64,000 bases of DNA, taken from assembly GCA_964016885.1 (NCBI GenBank), contig OZ024741.1, positions 226,920,001 to 226,984,000 of the forward strand, given 5' to 3'. The translations under genes were made by a program, and so were the position numbers. Of this stretch, positions 28,282 to 39,780 are shown in pieces. Numbering within the stretch: the first letter of the stretch is position 1; the number at the start of each line of letters is the position of its first letter. This stretch comes from Eledone cirrhosa. Lineage: Eukaryota. A model generated the notes under the pieces. It was not told the origin of the DNA. It worked only from the letters and a program-made list of their open reading frames with translations, and did not search any database.

Positions 28282-31200
28282 GTTTTCTTTATTAACCACA
28301 AGGGTTTACATAAACTAGACATTAAGGACAGTACAGGACAATACAGGACGGTACAAATGGGCATTTCTGCGTGTAAAAAACAAAAACAGAGGATGTAACA
28401 AAAAAAACAATGAAAAATTCCCCAATAGGGGGGGAGACTTCGGAGGGACATTTGTGGAGAAAGCCCATTAAAAGGACACAGTGACCCTGATCATCAGGGC
28501 AAGTGCCCTCTCCCAGTTTTCCACCTTTAATTTACAGAAACATACTCAGAGTAGGCCCATTCACTCGGGCCATACTTGCTTCTCTCACCCATCTTTCAAC
28601 AAAATGCTGGGAAGATAGCACTCCCCTCTCTACTCTGATTTTCCTTTTCAAATGAAATTTGAAAAAGTCAATCAGGGCATCACCGAAGAGGTAAGTGCTC
28701 GTCTTCAGCCCTTTCAAACGTGTCCACCATACTATCTCTTTCGCCATGGCCACCAGACAGATAAAAACTGCCTGCCCTTCCCGGCTAAAGGAGGAGGGCG
28801 GGGCAATCCTCACGATGGACTCAGCTGATAGCCGTGTCCGTCCTACACGCGACAGCAGGTGTTCGACATAAACCCACAAGTCAGTAATTCTCGGACACTG
28901 GACGAGTGCGTGCAGGACGGTTTCGTAGGCCTGCGCGCATCTCGGACATGCCCGGCTGACGGCACCTCCATGCCTGTAGAGCTTATCCCGAACTAGCCAG
29001 GCTCCTCGGTAGCACTGCCAGGCCAGGGATTTCTGGAATTTGTCCATAGGCCCCGGCCCGAAAGTTCTTCCGAAGACATTGGCTAGTTGATTTTCGTCGA
29101 CGCCTAGAGTTTCCCCAAGTACGTCGTCACTCTTCCCCTCCACTAATCTTCTATAGAACTCCGAGGTGGAGTTTCCACCGATCACATTGCCCGATTGGTC
29201 GAGGGCTGTGAGCGCCTGAAGACATTCCAGTCTCCAAGCGCTCCCTCTCGGTCTTCGCTTGACCCAGGACTGCAGCTCCGTCAAGGAAACGAGCTGGGGA
29301 AAGACGCGTCTAGCAAACGGCGACCACACCTGATCACCGTCGAGGAAGAGGTGGAGATGACGTAGCTTGAGCGCGTGCCCAGCCACGGCATGCCCAGCCC
29401 TCTACGTAGCGGGTGTTGAAAACAGATGGACCGCCTGACCGAAAGAACAAACGCTCCAGCGCAGTCAGGCGGGGCTTAGGACAAGGTACGACGGTCAGGC
29501 GGTAGCAGATGACGGACGTGATGTACGCGTTAGCCACTTCCGCTCGACCTTTCAGGGATAGCTTCCTCTCCGCCCATTTCTGGGTGATAAAAGCCACCCT
29601 GCTCGTCACCTCGTCCCAGTTTTTGTCCGTCTGGAGGTCCGGACCGAACCAGACCCCTAGCAATTTAACCGGCCCGTCCGTCCAGCACCCGACGACGCTC
29701 TTGGACGGCATGGACCTGCCTCTCCAGGTGCCGAGCTGCAGGCCCACTGACTTTTCCTGGTTGATCATTGCTCCTGTCACCGCTTCGTATTCTCTTAGTG
29801 TAGTGCCGATCGCCTCGATGTGTTTGGCGTTCGACACCACTACAGTGACATCATCCGCATATGCTGACACGGATTTTCCGCATCCTAGTTCGCGCGGGAC
29901 GCCCCTCAACGTCTCCAATTTGTGCAGCAATGGCTCGAGAGTCAATACGTACAAGAGGGACGAGAGGGGACATCTTTGGCGGACCGAGCGCATGATGTTG
30001 AACGGTTCTGAAAGGTGACCGTTCACTCTCACCACAGAGCAGATGTCGCTGTGCATGGCAGCGATCCAGCCTCTGAAGACGGGCCCAAAGCCAGGCCCCT
30101 TCAGGACGGCCGCTAGGTAACGATGGGCGACCCTATCGAAAGCTTTCGACTGATCTAAATTGATCAAGGACCCACCCGTGTCAGGTTCCCTAGCTACCCT
30201 CTCTACGATGTATCGCATGAGGTGGAGGTTGTCGTGGATGGATCTGTCGGGAATGGTGCATGTTTGCGCCTCTCCCACCAGACCACCAACGACAAGCGCC
30301 AACCTCTTTGCTAGTACCCTGGCCAAAAGCTTGAACTCTGTGTTTAGCAGAGTTATGGGCCTAAAATTATATATGTTATCCCCCTTGTTCGGATCCTTTC
30401 TCAGCAGCGCTACCGCTCCTCGACTCACAGAGCTGGGAATTCTCCCGTTCTGTTGCCAATTGCAGTAGACGTCCGCCAAGAGGCCTCCGAACAAGTCTGG
30501 TATCTGTACGTAAAGTTCATAGGGCAGACCATCCAAACCAGGCGATTTACCCCTTGTGCAGCCAGTCATTGCCCCCCCCCCGTACTTCAGCGGCTGTTCT
30601 CGGCTTTTCGTAACACGCTTCCCCCGAAGTGTCGCTGAAAAGCTTCACACATTTGCCCGGGATCGAGTAGCATGCGCCCGTCGTGGTCCACCAAAGACCG
30701 GATTGTGGTTTTGTTGCCACGACGCGCCTCCGCCACTCGGGCCCATTGAACGGCTTTTGTCCCCTCGTGTCTGAGAGCAGGCACCCTAGCTCTGACAACG
30801 CAGCCTTCGTGCTTTGCATTGAAGAATTGGTCAACGGCCAATTTCGTCGCGATGCCTTTGCTAAGCGCTTTGTCTAATTTTCTAACTAGTTCTCCCTCTG
30901 CTCTATTTTTCTCTATAGCTAAAGCCTTACTAAACCTAATTGACTCTACTCTAATCGCTCTTTTCAGAGCAAACCACCACTTGTTGTTGACGATGGCCCC
31001 CCGTCAACGCCCGCTTAACTAGTTCGCTAATCCGGTCTTTGTAGGCCTTGCGCGCTGGTAAGGACGCGTTTAGCATCCAGTAGCCGGGTCCTCGTCTATG
31101 AAGCCTATCTAAGGCAAGCACACAGATCACGAATTTGTGGTCCGTGTAGCTGACTATCTTGAATTGTGGACAGCTTATGCTAGACCTATCTATTTCCCTA

Positions 31201-32725
31201 CAAAATACTCTATCTAGATATGATCTGGATGACCCTATGCGATTTGTCCAAGTCCACATTGGCACATTCGACAATCGGTACCTGTTTGTTGTGAGTGCGG
31301 TGTCTGCGGTTTCATATGTTTGTGTGTGTACTTGCGTGTGTACTTGTGTTCTTGCGTCTGTTTAGGTTTTTTGCGTTTGAAGGATTCTGGTGATGGTAGT
31401 GTCGATGTTGGTGTTATTGGGGAGACGTTGGTGGTGTCTGCATTTTTTATAGTGGGAGATTTTGTGCTTTGTTGAGTTTTTTTTTCTTTTTGTGTTTCCT
31501 TCTTTGTATTTTGGGGGATTTGGGTTTTCCCTCATCTTCACTACTGGTAGATGAGGGTATGTGTCTGTAAGTGTGTCTGTGTGTGTGTTTATGTTTTTAT
31601 TGGTGTGTGTATTTTGGGGGGGAAGGGGAATTTGACAACTTTCCTCGTTTCCCCCTTGGGTGGTCAATGTTAGTGGTGGTCTTTCTATTGGTGTTGTTGT
31701 TGGTGGTTTTGCCGGTGCTGGTGTTGGTTGTGGTCCGCGCCCCGGCACCGGTAGCAGTGGAGCCTTTCGACCCCTTGCATCTTTCAGCAGTTGAGGGCAG
31801 AAGGCTCGCAAATGGATTTTTCCCCACAAACAAAACAATGCGGCCTTTGCCCTCGGTCATAATGTGAATGACCGTCCCATTCTGAAGGCGGATGTGGTTC
31901 GGGATTGTCTTCACATTCTCGGGCCTGATCTGGAGAAGTATCTCCAGATCAACCCCGGACCAGTCCTCTCTGGCAGATCTTGTCACTTCTATCGGGACGG
32001 TATCCGTCCCCTCCACAATCACACATCCCAGAAGCCACCACATGTCAAGTCCTGGTGGGATTCTGGGAATGCGGAGACGGGCCGTTCTTTTCCCCATGTG
32101 GGAGGGGTACATTATGACCTTGCTGGTTTTGCAAGGAGCCATAGCGTGTTTCATAGCGAGGGCTTCTCACTTGAACAACACCGAAATGGTGCCGTACTGT
32201 CTGCCCCTCTCTATGTACTGGGTGTCTTCTCTGATGCACCTCAGCGCGACTTCGACATCTGCTTGTGGAATTAAAGCTGCCCTTTTGGTTTGTGCTGAGA
32301 TGCATCTATAATGCACCGTTCTGCGCTCCACTGCCTCAATAGCTTCTACTGGGACGGTTAAGTTGGCCCAAGTTTGCTCTTGCTTGATGAGCTTCCATGC
32401 CTCGGCCAACTTTTCATCTTTGTTTGAGAGGTCCATGTTGAAGCATGGCCTCTTTTTTGCTGCTGCAGCAGCGAAAGTGATCTTCTTGTTGTCGTTCGGG
32501 GTGTTGTTGTTGTTGTCGTTGTTCTTGTTGATGTTATTGTTGTTATCACTATCGCTGTTATCATTGTTGTCTTTGGTGACGCCGTTGTTCTCGGTGCAGT
32601 TGGTATTTTTGCTGTTGGTGTTATCGCTATTTGTTTTCATGTTAGTGGTGTTGATATTGTTGTTGCATTTGTTATTTTTTCTGTTATCTGTATTTTCGTT
32701 GTCGCTGTTACTGTCATTTTTTTCA
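28282..32725 (-). mobile_element. Tx1/L1-type LINE (copy 2): same ORF2 as copy 1, joined at ~31285 to a divergent ORF1
   Basis: 28282-31285 aligns with 11922-15055. 31286-32725 encodes a homologous but divergent ORF1 (REDWSG...MTEG, then a degenerate knuckle ending HLRAFC). Confidence 0.85.
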
Positions 32726-32727
32726 AA

Positions 32728-32970
32728 ATTAGAGTTCTCAGTGTTGAATTTTTTATATGCATAAGACTCCCTGAAATATAAGTAATACACATGTAAAGTT
32801 TGAAAAAGATCGGTTGGGTACTTCTCGGGTTTCACAAACACACACATACACACACACACATACATACATACATACATACATACATACATACATACATACA
32901 TACATACATACATACATACATACATACATACATACATACTTCCTCAGTTTTATATATATACATATATAGA
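32728..32970 (-). mobile_element. Helitron-type 5' fragment with an internal (GTAT)n microsatellite
   Basis: Minus strand begins TCTATATGTATATATATAAAACTGAGGAAG(TATG)n, the same layout as the 5126 end. Confidence 0.6.
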
Positions 32971-33258
32971 TTAAAATAACAGATTACAGTTTAAGCAAAG
33001 AATCGTTGCTTTCACCCTTAATGGGATCTTCTGAAACTAAAAACATCAATCTGTGAACGCAGAAGTAAATATTTCGAAAAACGTTGCAATCGAAGGAAAA
33101 CAGGAAGACGATACTTTGGTTCGTGAAGATGTTCCCTGGCAATGAACGGAAAATAGCTAACATAATACGTCATCAATGTTCGTTAGAATGTCGTAATGCA
33201 GACAGCCAGGCATACAGACATATATTATAAGAGCGCGACGGAGATGGATAACCGGCGC
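32971..33258 (-). mobile_element. Short pLTR-like repeat ending in a variant HHR; partial copies at 3011-3070 and 34631-34690
   Basis: ttaaaataa(c/a)agatt...tttaagcaaa...gctttcacc is present three times, always next to (TA)n. Confidence 0.6.
32988..33038 (-). ncRNA. Variant hammerhead ribozyme (CAGAAGA core)
   Basis: agttt-CAGAAGA-tccc-attaa-gggt-GAA-agcaa-cgattct-ttgct-T-aaact: all three stems form, but U4 is replaced by A. Confidence 0.55.
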
Positions 33259-33473
33259 CTAAGACCCTTTAACAACAGAAAATTGAAAAATAAAAGCTGC
33301 AGTTAATATCTTTAGACCGCAAGGAATATATAAATGCAAGTTTGAAGTCAATCGGAGTAGAAATGTGGATTTGTATAGACTTTGCAAAAATGAGGACACA
33401 CACACACAGACAACATCAGTTTTATATATATAGACTAGCAGAAAACCACCCGGTGGGTGGTTTTCTGCTAGTC
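33259..33473 (-). mobile_element. Helitron 5' fragment joined to a palindromic Helitron 3' end
   Basis: Minus strand reads GGGTGGTTTTCTGCTAG|TCTATATATATAAAACTGATG. Confidence 0.65.
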
Positions 33474-33517
33474 GATATATATTTAACACACACACAAACA
33501 CACAAACACAAACACAG

Positions 33518-33550
<33 letters not shown>

Positions 33551-33584
33551 CACCCATGTTCATATTTTGAGATGCATTATTCTC

Positions 33585-33672
33585 TGCCTTTCATCCTTAC
33601 GGGGTCGATAAAATAAAGTACCAGTAATGCACTGGGTAATTGCTGGCCTTGTGCCAAAAGTAGAAACAATTA
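33585..33672 (+). mobile_element. SINE 3' half
   Basis: gcctttcatccttacggggtcgataaaataaagtacc...agaaacaatt. Confidence 0.8.
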
Positions 33673-34539
33673 TTTCTGACAGGAAGAACCAGTTTATAAT
33701 TTTTAAGAAAAATTAAGCATACAGACATATTTTAGGAAACTTATGAATTCCTGTACACACACACAAACACTTACACAGATACACACAGACACACGCACAG
33801 ACAGACACACACGCATACAGACACATACGCTAACACACACATACCATACACACACTCATACATACGCACATATGCACACACGCTAACACACACATACACA
33901 CGCACATATACACTTAAACCTATATATATATTATATATATAGAGAGACACACATAATATACATATATAATATATATATATAATATATATATATATATTAT
34001 ATATATATATATATATATTATATATACACACACACACACATATAACACACACCCATATATAAAACACACACACGCAAACACATACACACACACATATAAC
34101 ACACACATATATACCACACATACGCACACACATACACACATATAACACACACATATAACACACACACACGCATACACACACATATAACACACACACACAC
34201 ACATATATATATATTATATGCTCAGCCCCAGTGAGTTGGTTAAAACAGCAAAAGCCAGTCTTAAAGTTGTCGTCTGTAAATTCAAAGAACTCGGCTGTGT
34301 CTGGCTAGATCTCCATGATAACTACTCCAAGGTCGCGCGTGCCATGGCTGGGAACGCAGGTGTCACGTGCTGGCCTAGAACGCTGGTTGTTGGAATCAGT
34401 GGTCGACGACATAACATATATATTATATGTGTGTGGAATAGTATAAATATTTCTTCGTATTTACTAACATATATATATATATTATATATTATATATACAT
34501 ACATTATATATATATATTATTAATATATTACATACGTAC

Positions 34540-34636
<97 letters not shown>

Positions 34637-34744
34637 TAAAAGATTAAAGTTTAAGCAAAGAATCGTTGCTTTCACCTTCTGAAACTAACTAATATATATA
34701 TATATTCCTGGTGATTTCTCAAGAATGAAACAGTTCTAGTCTAT

Positions 34745-34780
34745 ATATATATTACACACACAGAAATGTATATATATTTC

Positions 34781-34813
<33 letters not shown>

Positions 34814-35040
34814 TACATACATAGAAATGTATATATATATATATATTACACACACAGAAATGTATATATATTTCTGTGTGTATATATATATATTTCTGTG
34901 TGTATATATATATATATTACACACACAGAAATGTATTTATATTTCTGTGTGTATATATATATATTACACACACAGAAATGTATATATATTTCTGTGGGTG
35001 TATATATATATTACACACACAGAAATGTATATATATTTCT
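34745..35040. repeat. Minisatellite of self-complementary units
   Basis: The unit attacacacacagaaat-gtatatat-atttctgtgtgtgtata is repeated about 6 times. Confidence 0.9.
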
Positions 35041-35164
35041 TAGAACAAAATTATTATTAATGTTTTGCTGTTCATAACAATTGAAATTGAAAAATTACTT
35101 TTGAAATTATTAGTTATTTTACTAATGCTTAGATATGTAAAAATGAAGCAATGTTTCTAATAAT

Positions 35165-35343
35165 TGTTTCTACTTTTGGCACAAGGCCAGCAGTAACCCA
35201 GTACATTACTGGTACTTTATTTTATCGACCCCGTGAGGATGAAAGGCAAAGTTAACCTCGGCGGTATTTGAACTCAGACCGTAAAGGGACGTAACTCCAT
35301 GCTATGAAGCATGATGTCCGACTCTCTACAGATTCTGCCAATC
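35165..35343 (-). mobile_element. tRNA-derived SINE
   Basis: Same family as 27850-28024. Confidence 0.85.
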
Positions 35344-35971
35344 TACCACCCTAATGTCTGTACGTAATGAGGGACTGAGAGGGGAGAGAAAGAAAGACAG
35401 AGGTGAAGTGACGAAGTGACTCTCTCTTCCTCCTCCTCCTCCTCCTCCATCTCCCCATTCGTCACAGCGATAGAGGGGAGGAATGTTAGTGTGTTACAAA
35501 GAGAAAGAGTGAGAGTGAGAGAAACAGACAGACTAAAAGAGAGGGATAGCTGGAGAGAGAGAGAGAGAGATAGCAACCACGCGCGCACGTGTTTCCACTG
35601 TCGGACAGACAGACAGAGAAATTGCTGGTTATATATTATAAGGAGATAAGATACAATAAATTCATTCTAAAACTTTTCTGCAACATCCTATAAAGAAAAT
35701 TTACTCTTGCATGGACAGCGTTTACCCTTATATTGACAAGCCACGCCCCTGATGATATGGCCAGTTAACTGTGAGCCGTTTTAGCAATCAGTCTGAAGAC
35801 GTAAAGTTTTATGTATAGCATAACGTAAAACATGTCCTCTCCAGACAAAATATATAGAATATGTATAAATATTTCGTATCTCCAAAGAAATACGGTTTTA
35901 GGAAGCCGTAGCTATGCCAACACCGGGGGGCTAACGCCCTCTGGTGATGTCCAGCAGAAACAAGGGGGACA

Positions 35972-36015
35972 ACCGTCTATGTATTTCAGGCTTAACTGGC
36001 CTTCGTCAGGAGGGT
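35972..36015 (-). ncRNA. Hammerhead ribozyme (left arm)
   Basis: accctc-CTGACGA-aggc-cagttaa-gcct-GAAA-taca-TA-gacggt. Confidence 0.7.
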
Positions 36016-36200
36016 CCCTCCCACCGCTTGCGACTGCTGGACTAGAAGACAGGCGAGAATATATACTTTTCTCGTCTGTGTAAATGAGGTGAGTAATCTC
36101 ATTTGCATATGAAGCTGCATAAGTTGGCTCATTTACACAGACGAGAAATGTATATATTCTCGCCTGTCTTCTAGTCCAGCAGTGGCAAGCGGTGGGAGGG

Positions 36201-36244
36201 ACCGTGCTGACGAAGGCCAGTTAAGCCTGAAATGCATAGACGGT
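36201..36244 (+). ncRNA. Hammerhead ribozyme (right arm)
   Basis: accgtg-CTGACGA-aggc-cagttaa-gcct-GAAA-tgca-TA-gacggt; palindromic stem III ATGCAT. Confidence 0.72.
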
Positions 36245-37123
36245 TGTCCCCCTTGCTTCTGCTGGACATCAACAGAGGGCGTTAGCCCCCGGTGCTTGCA
36301 TAGCTACAGCTTCCTAAAACCGTATTTCTTTGGAGATACAAAATATTTATACATATTGTATAAAGCTATGCTTGAAGCGAAATCCTATTTCTTTTATATA
36401 GAATATGTATAATATTTTTCCTGATAAGCTGGTAGACAAACGAACTGGACAGATCGCTGACTACCAAGCATATGACTAGAAAAAACTCAGCACACAAGGG
36501 GGTTACGTGATTGTGGAAAACATTACAGTTGGTTTAAATGATTCGTAAATTATTTAAAATATAGCGTAATTAGATTGGTAAAAAGAAAATTTAAAAAAGA
36601 AACAAAAATTGACCATTATTCAGTCTTAATGTCGCTTATAATCATTGAAGATAAGTATTAAATCAAAAGTATATATTGTATCAGGAAAAATATTCTATTA
36701 AGACAGGAATAAAATTATGGATACAATAATAAAGGGGAACGAATTTGGATTATAGAATTTGCAAGAAAGCTATTCTTTATTATGTATACTTAGATATTGA
36801 AATTATTGAAGAGAAAAGTATTTAATAGTTGAGAGGGTTCTTTTTATATATGTATTTTTAAATATATAGTTAAGTATGCTTTAATATTGCGTAATAAATT
36901 ATTTATTTTAGAAGAAGTGAGATAATTATCTATATTAAAAATTCTCAATTCAACAATGTTATTTAAAGTAGATTATATTAAAACTTTGAATAATTATTTA
37001 GAAAGAAAACAAGTGTATGTATAATAGCCGAATTTATCAATTTCTATTAAAATTAATTTATTTAGATACAACCTAAATTTAAAGTAGAAGAAAAATTATA
37101 CCGAAGTAAGATTATAAGAGAGA

Positions 37124-37189
<66 letters not shown>

Positions 37190-37363
37190 GGAATAAAATG
37201 AAACGAAATTTCATTTCTCACTCTTAGTACGGCACTCCATTTATCGTTTTCGGTGCGCCTGGCCGACTGAACTCACTCGATATGCAAATTAGGCTGCTCA
37301 GCCGTTAATTTTCATAAGGAAAGTATATACTTTCGGACGTTCAACCATCTGGCAGGAAGGTAT

Positions 37364-37406
37364 ACGGTGCTGACGATAGCTAATAAGCTTGAAACTAGTA
37401 CATCGT
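37364..37406 (+). ncRNA. Hammerhead ribozyme in a ~350-bp element inserted in (TA)n
   Basis: acggtg-CTGACGA-t-agct-aata-agct-t-GAAA-ctag-TA-catcgt: stem I 6 bp, palindromic stem III ACTAGT, GUA triplet. Confidence 0.78.
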
Positions 37407-37645
37407 TCCTGTGTCAGTGTTGAACAAAAAGGTGACGTGGTTGCCTAAACACTGTACAGCGTAATTCAGGCTGTTTGTTTGTTTACAAACGAACAAACCG
37501 AGCATTATAATAAATGTTCGGTAAACTGATACGTGCATATATATATATGTGTGCCTGTATGTATATATATACATGCTACTGTACGTCTGTATACATATAT
37601 GTATGTACGTATACATACATACTTACATTTATATATATATATATA

Positions 37646-37980
37646 TATTATTCAAAATATTAATAAATGAGAAATATCATAACCAAAGTATATATTTTAT
37701 TATACATATTTCAAAGGTACAATGGTGTTTCAGTACGTTTTCATCAGATAAAATATATAAGAGATTGGATATGCGACATACCGCTAAGGTACTTGAATCT
37801 TCAATTGCTGTAGTGGCAGAATTGAAGATCAAAGTACCTTAGCGGTATGTCGGATATCCAGTATCTTATATATTTTATCTGATGAAAACGTACTGAAACA
37901 CCATTGTACCTTTGAGATATGTATAATAAAATATATACTTTGGTTATGATATTTCTCATTTATTGATATTTTAAATAATA
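37646..37980. repeat. ~335-bp inverted repeat with a degenerate HHR core in each arm
   Basis: The arms are reverse complements around 37808-37822; CTGATGA-aaacgtact-GAAA-caccattg-TA at 37879. Confidence 0.85.
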
Positions 37981-38399
37981 TTATAGATACTCCAGATAAA
38001 CTGTCGAGTGCTTCTAATCTATTGTAAAATTGAATTTGTTATATATAACTTTTGGTTATATATTTATATATATAGGTTTTATGAAGTTACTCATGACGGT
38101 ACACTTATTACTACTCACTGCTAAAATAACCGTACAAACAGCATACGCATGTCATAGACAATGTGACTGATGTCTAATGGCAAAGCGTCAAATGTGGAAT
38201 ATTGGTTATAAAGCCAACACCAATGCTTGGGCTGAACATTTCATAGAGTACATTTGCCTACAATAAAAGAGGCAGTAACAAAATGGCCACAACGGACATT
38301 ATGGTTTAGAAACTTTCCTAACGAAACGGAATCATGAGGAAAAATCATTTTTTTTTAATGTTAAAACACGAGTACATTAAGAACCCATGTCTAAAACAA

Positions 38400-39584
38400 A
38401 AGTTATTATGTATATGTTTATATAGGATTATTCAGCGAAGCACTTGTATGCTCTCCAAGGAATATCAGGGCGCTGCAGTGACGGCATTGTGCTTCCGCCA
38501 GACCCCAGTTGTGTCGGTAAACATTCACATCGACCTGCTGCAGTGCATCCAAATCATAACGTCGTGCAACGTTTTGGGCCATTCTTTGATTATTTTTACG
38601 AAATCTTCCATGTTTAAAGATTTCTTGCTGTTATTCCTGCGAAAGTTGTTTTCTTGCAATTCGTTACTGTTCAGCGTCCTGAGCAAGAATCTACTCTCTT
38701 CTTTCTTGTGACAGCTCTGTCTCGCTACATGATTTTGATCTACATTCTGAACACGAAAAAGGTCTTTTTTTTATGGCATATTTCGACGAAGCCCTCTGCA
38801 CCTTGCTGTGTTTGCTTGTCAAATAGCCTAGCTTTTCTCTTCGAATGCCGTTGTCTTGCAACTCTTTGTCGAGCTTCTGCACATTCCATGATGGCATAAT
38901 TTCCAAAACTGAACCGAGAAAAATATTCTACATTCTGAACACGAAAAAGGTATTTTTTTGTAGCATGTTTCGACGAAGGTCTCTCACCTGGGTGTGTTTG
39001 CTTATCAAATAGCCTAGCTTTTCTCTTCCGCTGTCCTTGTCTTCCAACATCTCGTTGAGCTTCTGCACATTCCATGATGATATATTTTCCAAAACTCAAC
39101 TAGGAAAAAATATTCCACAAAAGAATATGTTGTACTAAAATCTGTTACCTTTATTTTTAGAGCTTCTAACCTTGATGCAGATGAGTATTCATTTCGTTCG
39201 TTCAAACATTACGCTTTAGTTAGTTAAAGAGAGGGGGCTGGAGTGAGATATAGGGACAGTTAGAGAGAGAGAGCTGGGGGGGGGGGGTGAAGTGGAGTGA
39301 GAGTGAGAAAGAGGGTTTTCATAACCGAGTTTTTATTAAAAAGGCACGAATTATAAGTGCAAAGCTGTCAACATCGATACACAATTGTTGAAAGAAACCG
39401 CTACCTTTCGCTTTGCAGCCTGTAATCTTCATACAGAGGCGTATTATTTTCGTTCGTTCACAGGTTACGCTTTAGTTAGGTTGAGACAGGAGGGGACGGA
39501 GTGAGTGAGGAGTGGTGTAGTATTTCCCTTCCTATATAGATAACATGAGGAACGGACAGACAAACGGAGTTCTTATAGTATAGA
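38400..39584 (-). mobile_element. Helitron 5' portion with degraded RepHel N-terminus
   Basis: 5' TCTATACTATAAGAACTCCGTTTGTCTGTCC at 39584. About 38720-38440 translates (with stops) to ELSQERRE...AEAQCRHCSALIFLGE, like the RepHel zinc-finger region. Internal ~180-bp tandem duplication at 38740-39115. Confidence 0.6.
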
Positions 39585-39597
39585 TTATTAACTTCGG

Positions 39598-39780
39598 TGG
39601 ATTGGCAGTATCAGTAGAGGGTCGGACGCCATGCTTTGCAGCACAGTTACGTCCCTTTATGGACTGAGTTCAAATCCCGCCGAGGTTGACTTTGCCTTTC
39701 ATCCTTACGGGGTCGATAAAATAAAGTACCAGTAATGCACTGGATAATTGCTGGCCTTGTGCCAAAAGTAGAAACAATTA
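39598..39780 (+). mobile_element. tRNA-derived SINE, full length
   Basis: TGGCAGTATCAG A box, GAGTTCAAATCCC B box and the conserved core. Confidence 0.88.

Larger units (their letters stand above)
35853..36362. mobile_element. 510-bp inverted-repeat element with an HHR in each arm
   Basis: Arms 35853-36088 and 36128-36362 are reverse complements; the ~40-bp spacer contains ATTTGCAT. Confidence 0.85.

Noticed and set aside
35745-35840. HHR cores CTGATGA (35749) and CTGAAGA (35793)
   Set aside because: The GAAA partner is absent (AAAA-catg-TC) and there is no stem I; at best a decayed relic.
39598-39690. tRNA gene
   Set aside because: A and B boxes are present but no cloverleaf; it continues into a multicopy SINE body.
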